From positions 1-57,996 of the forward strand of contig DAOTYX010000118.1 in NCBI GenBank assembly GCA_034434635.1: a DNA stretch of 57,996 bases, read 5' to 3'. Shown in pieces: positions 36,622 through 43,320 of the stretch (positions are counted from its first letter, which is position 1; each line of letters starts with the position of its first letter). The notes below the pieces were generated by a model, which was not told the DNA's origin, searched no databases, and worked only from the letters and a program-made list of their open reading frames with translations. The stretch is from Anaerolineae bacterium (GTDB taxonomy: Bacteria; Chloroflexota; Anaerolineae; B4-G1; DUEL01). A program made the position numbers and the translations under genes.

Positions 36622-37380
36622 ATGACCCGACATACCCATCTCAATCCTGCCCCCTTCTACCTGGAGGGGGGTCCCACTGGCATCCTGCTGATCCACGGCT
36701 TCACCGGTTCCCCGCCGGAGATGCGCTGGATCGGCGAGTACCTCAACCGGAACGGCCTCACCGTCGCCGCGCCGCTCCTGCCCGGCCACGGCACAACGGT
36801 GGAGGACATGAACCGCTGCCGCTGGCGGGACTGGACTGGCTGCGTGGAAACGGCGCTGGCCGACCTGCGCAGCCGCTGCGACCGGGTCTTCGTCGCCGGG
36901 CTTTCGATGGGCGCGTTGCTCACCCTCTACCTGGCGGCGCGCCACCCCGACCTGCCCGGAGTCGTGCTCTACTCCCCGGCGACCCGTGTGGCCGACTGGC
37001 GCATCCTCCTCACCCCGCTGGCGCGCTTCTTTGTACACACACTGCCCAAGAGCGAGGAGAGCGACCTGACCGACCCCGAGGCGGAGCAGCGGCTGTGGAG
37101 TTACGAGGAGTACCCCGTCCCCGCCGCGGCGGAACTGCTCCAACTGAGCCTGTGGGTGCGCCGTCACCTGCGCCAGGTGACCTGTCCGCTGCTCCTGGTC
37201 TACAGCACGCGCGACCTGTCCATCCACCCGCAGAGCGGCCCCTTCACCTACGAGCATGTGGCTTCGTCGGACAAGGAGATGCTGGTGCTGCGCAACTCCG
37301 GCCACGCGCTGACGGTGGACAGCGAGTGGGAGATGGTGGCCGAGAGGACGCTCCGTTTTATCACCCGCCTGGGAACCTGA
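36622..37380 (+). CDS. Carboxylesterase (alpha/beta hydrolase, Est30/YvaK-like)
   Basis: LIHGFTGSP, LPGHGT, GLSMG nucleophile elbow, RD...SGH; ATG 36622 chosen over TTG 36610. Confidence 0.9.
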   Translation: MTRHTHLNPAPFYLEGGPTGILLIHGFTGSPPEMRWIGEYLNRNGLTVAAPLLPGHGTTVEDMNRCRWRDWTGCVETALADLRSRCDRVFVAGLSMGALLTLYLAARHPDLPGVVLYSPATRVADWRILLTPLARFFVHTLPKSEESDLTDPEAEQRLWSYEEYPVPAAAELLQLSLWVRRHLRQVTCPLLLVYSTRDLSIHPQSGPFTYEHVASSDKEMLVLRNSGHALTVDSEWEMVAERTLRFITRLGT

Positions 37381-37384
37381 TCCG

Positions 37385-38056
37385 ATGAGCGACCTCTTCG
37401 CTGCGCTGCCTGCGCTGCGCGCCTGCGGGCATCCGCTGTTGGCCGGACGGCGCTTGAGCCTGATCGGCGTCTCGGCCATCCTGCGGGACGAGACGGGGTA
37501 CTACTTCGAGGTGAACAAGCCCGCCTACTGGGGCCGCCGTCAGGATGGCACGCGCTCGGTGGGCATCGGCGGCATCGGCGGAGGCGTCCGCGAGGGGGAG
37601 GGAGTGCTGGCCTGTCTGCGTCGTGAGGTACAGGAGGAGGTGGGCACCGGCTTCCGGCTGGAGGCTCCCGCGCGCACGGCGCTGCTCGAAGACTGGCGGG
37701 TGGCGGGCTGGCTGGAACTCTCCGCCGGGCGTGACCAGCCAACGCCCTACTGTGTCAGCCTCTTCCCGCCGCAGTTGGGGGGCGCGGAGATGCCCGACGC
37801 GCTGGCCATCGTCACCCTGCTGGGACGGCCCAAAGGCCAGCCGCGCCGCGGCGACCTGTTCGGCCTGCTGACCGTGGCCCCGTCGGCCGTGCGGGAGTTC
37901 CTGGGACGCCCAGAGTGGCCGCTGGCGGAGGCGCTGGCCCACCCCGGCCTCGCCTTCGACCTGGCGGAGGAGTTGCCGCCGGATTGTCGCCTGCGCCCCG
38001 TGCTCACCGCTCGCGCCTTCGGGGCGCTGTTGGAGGCAGGCTCACCCCTCCCCTAG
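37385..38056 (+). CDS. Nudix hydrolase
   Basis: Complete Nudix box GGVREGEGVLACLRREVQEEVG (GX5EX7REUXEEXG). Confidence 0.8.
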   Translation: MSDLFAALPALRACGHPLLAGRRLSLIGVSAILRDETGYYFEVNKPAYWGRRQDGTRSVGIGGIGGGVREGEGVLACLRREVQEEVGTGFRLEAPARTALLEDWRVAGWLELSAGRDQPTPYCVSLFPPQLGGAEMPDALAIVTLLGRPKGQPRRGDLFGLLTVAPSAVREFLGRPEWPLAEALAHPGLAFDLAEELPPDCRLRPVLTARAFGALLEAGSPLP

Positions 38057-39106
38057 CGTCTCCCTCGCCAGGTGGGCGACCACCGCGCGCAGGTCCTGTT
38101 CTTCCTCCCACACCCGCAGTTGACGGTCGGCGCTGGTCCCCTCACGCAGGATGACCCGCGCGTAGGCCAGTTCCACCTGACTGCCCAGCCGCTCAGCCAC
38201 GTCGCCCAGCCAATCCAGCAGTTCGTCCACCCATTCGGCCACGCTCTGCGGTGAGCGTCCGGCAAAGAGCAGCAGACGCGCTCGCAGGCCGTAGCGGGCC
38301 GCCTGCCACTTGCTGACCTCGACGGCGAAGCGGCGCAACGGCGGAGGCTCCGACTCCTGGGCCAGTTTGACTACCAGCGCCTGCGTCCACGCCGCCAGGC
38401 AGACCGTCTCCTCGATCCGCGTGGGCATGTCGGGGATGCGCACCTCCAGCGTGGGCACCCGGGGGTTGGGGCGAGCGTCCCACCACAGGAAACTGGGGTC
38501 GGCTACCAGACCTGCTCCGGTCAGCATCTCTACCGCCGCCTGGTAGTCGGCCCACGAGGCGAAGTAGGGCGGGATGCCGGTGCGTGGCAGGGCGGAGAAG
38601 AGCACGGTGCGGTAGGAGTGCAGGCCGGTGCGCCAGTGCTCGAAGAAGGGGGAACTGGTGGAGAGGGCCAGGAGAAGCGGCAGGAAGGGGCGCAGGCGGT
38701 TCATCACCTGGATGCGCTGATCGGGGTCGGCGATGCCGATGTGGACGTGCAGGCCGCAGGTCACCAGCCGCCGGCCCACCACCTGCAACTCATCGGCCAG
38801 GGCAATGTACCGCTCTCCCTGGGTGACTTGCTGCTGGCTCCAGGCGGAAAAGGGGTGGGTGCCGGCGGCCACCACCGCCAGCCCCAGGCTCTGCGCCAGG
38901 TCACGCGCCGCGCGGCGCATGCGCCGGACTTCGCTGCGCAGTTCCCCCGCCGTGGCGCAGATGCGCGTGCCGGTCTCCAGTTGCGATTGCAGGAACTCGG
39001 CGCGGAAATCCTGCACGCCGTCCCGACGGTCTATCTCCAGCAGCGAGTGAATGGTGGAGCGCAGTTCCCAGGTGCGCGGGTCAACGACCTGGTACTCTTC
39101 CTCCAC
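38042..39106 (-). CDS. ybdK: YbdK-family glutamate-cysteine/carboxylate-amine ligase (GCS2)
   Basis: LGVEEEYQVVDP, AAGTHPF, GLHVHIG, LLALSTSSPF, WWDARPN, TLEVRIPD. True start uncertain. Confidence 0.88.
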   Translation of the reverse strand: MEEEYQVVDPRTWELRSTIHSLLEIDRRDGVQDFRAEFLQSQLETGTRICATAGELRSEVRRMRRAARDLAQSLGLAVVAAGTHPFSAWSQQQVTQGERYIALADELQVVGRRLVTCGLHVHIGIADPDQRIQVMNRLRPFLPLLLALSTSSPFFEHWRTGLHSYRTVLFSALPRTGIPPYFASWADYQAAVEMLTGAGLVADPSFLWWDARPNPRVPTLEVRIPDMPTRIEETVCLAAWTQALVVKLAQESEPPPLRRFAVEVSKWQAARYGLRARLLLFAGRSPQSVAEWVDELLDWLGDVAERLGSQVELAYARVILREGTSADRQLRVWEEEQDLRAVVAHLARETLGEG

Positions 39107-39175
39107 GCCCAGGTCGAAAGGGCCTTCAACGTTCAGGCTGTCCCCCCACAGGTGGCGCGGCTTTCTGCCCCCGAT

Positions 39176-40243
39176 TTACAGGATGCCGACCTGGCTGTAG
39201 TCGCCCAGGTTCATCTTGAACGCCTTGGGCTTGATGGGGGAGCGGTTGAGCAGGACGTTGCGCCCGATCAGGCTGTCCTGGATGCGGGCAGGGATGTCGC
39301 GGATGACGCTGTTCTCCAGGACGATGGAGCGCTCGATCTCGCTGTTCTCCACCGTCACATCGGTGTAGATCGAGGTGAAGGGGCCGATGTAGGAGTTGAT
39401 GATGCGCGCCCGCTCGCCGATGATCGTCGGGCCGCGCACGACGCTGTTGATGATCTCCGCCCCCTTCTCCACCGTCACCCGACAGTCCACATCGGAGTCC
39501 CGGTCCACGAAGCCCTCGATCCGCGGCGTCAGTTCCTCCAGCACCATGCTGTTGGCCTCGAGCATCTCGTCGGGACGTCCGGTGTCGATCCACCAGCCGC
39601 GGTGGACGTAGGGGAAGACCTTGTAGTCGTGCTCCACCAGCCACTGGATGGCGTCGGTGATCTCCAGTTCGCCGCGCCAGGAGGGCCGAATCTCCTCCGT
39701 CGCCTGGTGGATGTGCGCGTCGAACATGTAGATGCCCACCAGGGCCAGGTCGGACGGAGGCTCTTTGGGCTTCTCCACCAGCCGCACGATGCGCCCCTCG
39801 CCGTTGAGCAGCGCCACGCCGTATTGCTCGGGGTGCTCGACGCGGGTGAGGACGATCTGCGCGTTCCAGTCGGACTGGCGGAACTGCTGGACCAGTTCGT
39901 TGATGCCACCCTGGATGACGTTGTCGCCCAGGAACATCACGAAGGGCTCATCCCCCAGGAAGTCGCGGCTGACCTTGACGGCGTGGGCCAGGCCGAGGGG
40001 TTGTGCCTGGTGGATGTAGGTGATGCGCGCGGCCCAGCGCTCCCCCTGTCCGACGGCGGCCTTGATCTCCTCGGCGGTCTCGCCGACGACGATGCCGATG
40101 TCGTCAATGCCGGCAGCGCGAATGGACTCGATGACGCGGAAGAGGATCGGTTTGTTGGCGACGGGAATGAGTTGCTTGGCGCGGGTGTACGTCAGTGGAT
40201 AGAGGCGGGTGCCTTTCCCGCCACTGAGGATCAGTCCTTTCAC
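39176..40243 (-). CDS. rmlA: Glucose-1-phosphate thymidylyltransferase (long form with beta-helix tail)
   Basis: LSGGKGTRLYPLT, KQLIPVANKP, QPLGLAHAV, LGDN, RGELEITDAI, WIDTG. Confidence 0.88.
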   Translation of the reverse strand: MKGLILSGGKGTRLYPLTYTRAKQLIPVANKPILFRVIESIRAAGIDDIGIVVGETAEEIKAAVGQGERWAARITYIHQAQPLGLAHAVKVSRDFLGDEPFVMFLGDNVIQGGINELVQQFRQSDWNAQIVLTRVEHPEQYGVALLNGEGRIVRLVEKPKEPPSDLALVGIYMFDAHIHQATEEIRPSWRGELEITDAIQWLVEHDYKVFPYVHRGWWIDTGRPDEMLEANSMVLEELTPRIEGFVDRDSDVDCRVTVEKGAEIINSVVRGPTIIGERARIINSYIGPFTSIYTDVTVENSEIERSIVLENSVIRDIPARIQDSLIGRNVLLNRSPIKPKAFKMNLGDYSQVGIL

Positions 40244-40267
40244 AGCAAGCCTCCGAGTCTTGTCTGG

Positions 40268-40927
40268 CTAATATCCGCCCAGCACGGTCCCCCGTGGGGC
40301 GTGGGTCAGCACGGCTCCCACCACACGGACGTGGGCTCGTTCCAGCAGTTCACGTGCCTGCTGGGCATGATCGCGTCGGGTGTGGCCGGAGCGGATCACC
40401 AGCAGCACCCCATCCACCTTGCTGCCGAGAACCACGCCGTCGGCAACCGAGATCAGCGGCGGGGCATCGAAGAGGATGATATCGGCGCGAGCGCGCAGGG
40501 CGGCGATGACCTTGTCCATGCGCTGTGAGCCCAACAGGTCGGCGGGGTTGGGCGGCAGCGGGCCACTGGGCAGCAGCCACAGGTTGTCCACGCCGCTGGC
40601 CTGGAGGGGCGGGTCCGCCAGCGCCTCCGGCTCGACGAACATCGTGGTCAGCCCGCGCTCGTTGGGAAGGCCGAAGATCTCATGGAGGCCCGGCCGGCGC
40701 AGGTCGGCGTCCACCAGCAGGGTGCGTCGCTCTCCCTGGGCGATGGTCACGGCCAGGTTGGCCAGGGTGAGGGATTTTCCCTCTCCAGGGGCGGCGGAAG
40801 TGACCACCAGCGTCTCGATGGGCTTGTCCAGGCCGGCGAAAGTCAGGTTGGCCCGCAGGGTGCGATAGGCCTCAGCGGCAGGGGAACGGGGGTCGGCCAC
40901 GGTGATCAGGTTGGGTACTTTGCTCAT
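40268..40927 (-). CDS. CpsD/CapB-family bacterial tyrosine kinase (cytoplasmic)
   Basis: AEAYRTLRANL, TSAAPGEGKS, LVDADLRRP, ILFDAPP. Confidence 0.92.
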   Translation of the reverse strand: MSKVPNLITVADPRSPAAEAYRTLRANLTFAGLDKPIETLVVTSAAPGEGKSLTLANLAVTIAQGERRTLLVDADLRRPGLHEIFGLPNERGLTTMFVEPEALADPPLQASGVDNLWLLPSGPLPPNPADLLGSQRMDKVIAALRARADIILFDAPPLISVADGVVLGSKVDGVLLVIRSGHTRRDHAQQARELLERAHVRVVGAVLTHAPRGTVLGGY

Positions 40928-40952
40928 GCATATGCCTCCGTAAGTTACGCCC

Positions 40953-41621
40953 CTACGAATCCCGGGAATCGGTGGGTGGGATGGCGCCTAAGACGGTGAC
41001 GTTCAGCCATCGGGCGATGTCGCCGGGGGTACGCACGATGCCGGATTCTACCCATTCCAGCAGGAAGATGATGATGAGGGCGATGAGCAGTCCGAGGACG
41101 GCTCCTGCGATCAGGACGATCGGGGTGCTCGGCGGCCAGGACTGGCTGTAGGTGGGCGCGTCGCGCAGCAGGGCATAGACACGGTCCTCCTTGCGTTGCC
41201 GCTGGTTCTCGCTGTCGCGCCACTCCAGCATCAGGTTGGCCCACTCCCGGGCGATGCGGTTGGCCTGTTCCCCGTCGGTGTCCTCGATCTCGATGCGGAT
41301 GACCATCCGGTCGTCCTCCGCAGCGAAGCGGGCGTTGGAACGGAGTGTCTGCGGCTCCATATCCAGCCGCAGCCGGTTGATCACCTCCTGCGCCCAGGAG
41401 TTGGAGTCGGCCACGGTCATGTAGGAGCGCATCAGCGTCTTGGTGGACTGGGTGAGGCCCAGGTCGGCGCGGGCGGGTTGGATGACCACTTCCACCACCG
41501 ACTGGTAGACGGGGACCTGGAGGCGGCTGAAGACCAGGGCACTCAGAGCGGTCGCCACCATCGCCACCAGGATGATCCACCAGCGCTTCTGCAAGATGCG
41601 CACGTATTGAAACAACTCCAC
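40953..41621 (-). CDS. Wzz/CpsC-type polysaccharide co-polymerase / kinase activator
   Basis: YVRILQKRWWIILV, PVYQSVVEVVI, second TM near C-terminus; GTG 41621 is 8 nt after AGGAGG. Confidence 0.9.
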   Translation of the reverse strand: MELFQYVRILQKRWWIILVAMVATALSALVFSRLQVPVYQSVVEVVIQPARADLGLTQSTKTLMRSYMTVADSNSWAQEVINRLRLDMEPQTLRSNARFAAEDDRMVIRIEIEDTDGEQANRIAREWANLMLEWRDSENQRQRKEDRVYALLRDAPTYSQSWPPSTPIVLIAGAVLGLLIALIIIFLLEWVESGIVRTPGDIARWLNVTVLGAIPPTDSRDS

Positions 41622-41639
41622 AGTCATCACCTCCTGAGG

Positions 41640-41765
41640 GCCTGTCCGAACAGCCGCCGGGTGTCCGGCGGCTGAAGCCACAGGCTACGGTGGCGAAGGC
41701 CGCCTGCGCGGCCTGGCTCACCGCCTGTCCGAACGGCCGTAGGGCGGTATCCCGATGCCGCTTGC
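41640..41765. repeat. REP-like cluster: GGCTGAAGCC hairpin element between 17-bp direct repeats, plus GTAG palindrome
   Basis: gcctgtccgaacagccg (41640-41656) and gcctgtccgaacggccg (41723-41739); cagccgccgg-gtgt-ccggcggctg; gtagggcggtatcccgatgccgc. Confidence 0.6.
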
Positions 41766-41866
41766 CAGCGCAGAGGGTGCGTCGGCTGCGGGGTCGCCCG
41801 GATCAGGTTCTATGAGATTGTACCACGCCATCGTCAGGTCACAAGTGGGCTGGAGGATGTCGCGGC

Positions 41867-43012
41867 TCAGCGCCGCCGGCTCATCCAGCGGGTCAGCAGC
41901 CAGGCCAGGAGGATGGCGACCGGGATGAACAGGACGGTGAGCAGGGTGGGGGAAAGGGCAGCCGGAAGCACCCCCAGGTCCCGCAGGCCGCCAAACAACT
42001 GGTTCGCCACGCCGCTCATGCCGAAAGCGGCGGTGACGAACTGGATGAAGTTGGTCATCTTCAGCCGGTTGACCTCGCTGCGGGTGCGCACCATCGTCAC
42101 GACGTCGTCCAGCCGCGTGCGCACTGCGTCTACTCGCTCCGAGAGCGCATCGTGGGCACGGATAACCGCGCGGGCCTGGTCCAGCAGCGGACTGGAGCAC
42201 ATTGGGTAATCGCCAACCCGCTGTTCCCACCAGCGGCGTGCCACCCCGCTCAGGTTGTTGACGTTGGCGTTCATGGAGTAGAGGTCCTGGCGCAGTCCAC
42301 GGGTAATGTTGGCCAGGTCCACGTACCGGTCAGCGACCTCGTTCAGCCATTCACCCATTGGCCGGATCGTGGCCTCTTCCATCCGCTGGCAGACGCGCTC
42401 CTCGATCTCGTTGACCTGCGCGTAGACACGCGGGTAGGCTTCGTAGAAGGAGAGCACCTTGTGATAGAAGAGGTAGGCCTGGGCGACATCGTCCACCGCG
42501 CGGGAGATGAGCGCGTCGGGCACCGGTTCGACAGGGAAGAGCAGGCCGCGTGGCCCCTCCAGGTTGAGCATGAGGCGCCGGACGTAGATCAGGCTGCGGG
42601 TGAATACGCCATCATCGAAGAAGGCGCGCACTGCCTCCTCAGGGAGGCGGTCCTGGCAGGTCAGAAGGACCATCTGGAACAGCGGTGGGGTGGGCAGCAT
42701 GTCCGGCAGGCCTTGCGCCAGCGCGAGAACCGTGTCGAACGGAGCGCGCAAGTCGTCGGCGACGGGGGTGACCCAGACCTGGAGCAGGCAATAATCGTGT
42801 CCCAGGAGCAGCTTGGGGTAGATCTCGTAAGCGGTGTCGGCGGCGGGGGCATGGGCCAGTGCCATCTCTGGCGTCTGGTCGAGAATCTCTCCGCTGATCT
42901 GTTCGACGAAGGCAGCGAATCCTGCCTGCGCTTGCGCCTGGTCCAACCCTTCGTAGATGTAGCCGGTGATGCGCACGCAGGTGGGGGAGAGCGGCGGCTG
43001 GTCCTCAGCCAC
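41867..43012 (-). CDS. CorA-like/CATRA-C-like helical protein with two C-terminal TM helices, 381 aa
   Basis: AYLFYHKVLSFY, long amphipathic helices, LYSMNANVNNL, then 2 TM and RRR stop-transfer; no CorA GMN motif. Family call from memory. Confidence 0.6.
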   Translation of the reverse strand: MAEDQPPLSPTCVRITGYIYEGLDQAQAQAGFAAFVEQISGEILDQTPEMALAHAPAADTAYEIYPKLLLGHDYCLLQVWVTPVADDLRAPFDTVLALAQGLPDMLPTPPLFQMVLLTCQDRLPEEAVRAFFDDGVFTRSLIYVRRLMLNLEGPRGLLFPVEPVPDALISRAVDDVAQAYLFYHKVLSFYEAYPRVYAQVNEIEERVCQRMEEATIRPMGEWLNEVADRYVDLANITRGLRQDLYSMNANVNNLSGVARRWWEQRVGDYPMCSSPLLDQARAVIRAHDALSERVDAVRTRLDDVVTMVRTRSEVNRLKMTNFIQFVTAAFGMSGVANQLFGGLRDLGVLPAALSPTLLTVLFIPVAILLAWLLTRWMSRRR

Positions 43013-43295
43013 GTGGCATCTTCTCCAGCACCGCTTTGGTGACCTTCTCGATGCGGTTGAACTGCTCGACGGAGGTCACCGTCTTGCCCGGGGTGATGCC
43101 GCGGGTGGGTTTGCCGCTGGCGACCAGTGCCAGGAAATCCTCGATGCCCGCGTCCAGCGCCGCCGCGTCCAGCGCCGCGCAGGCGGCGGCGATGTGATTC
43201 AGCACGGCCACCCCGTCAGCGCCGTAGCGAGCCATCGTCTCAGGATTCTGCTCGACGTAGGCGATCAAGGCGGTAAACCGTTCGATGTTGTCCAT
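43005..43295 (-). CDS. Small helical protein (CATASP-like), 96 aa
   Basis: ATG 43295 with GGAGG SD; MDNIERFTALI...IAAACAALDAAALDAGIEDFLALVASGKPTRGITPG...; stop overlaps the next GTG by 8 nt. Confidence 0.7.
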   Translation of the reverse strand: MDNIERFTALIAYVEQNPETMARYGADGVAVLNHIAAACAALDAAALDAGIEDFLALVASGKPTRGITPGKTVTSVEQFNRIEKVTKAVLEKMPRG

Positions 43296-43320
43296 TGCTG
43301 TACCCTCCAATCCCTGTCTA

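Noticed and set aside
41867-43012. Bona fide CorA Mg2+ channel
   Set aside because: Lacks the GMN motif between the TM helices and sits in a protease cassette; treated as a CorA-like effector only.
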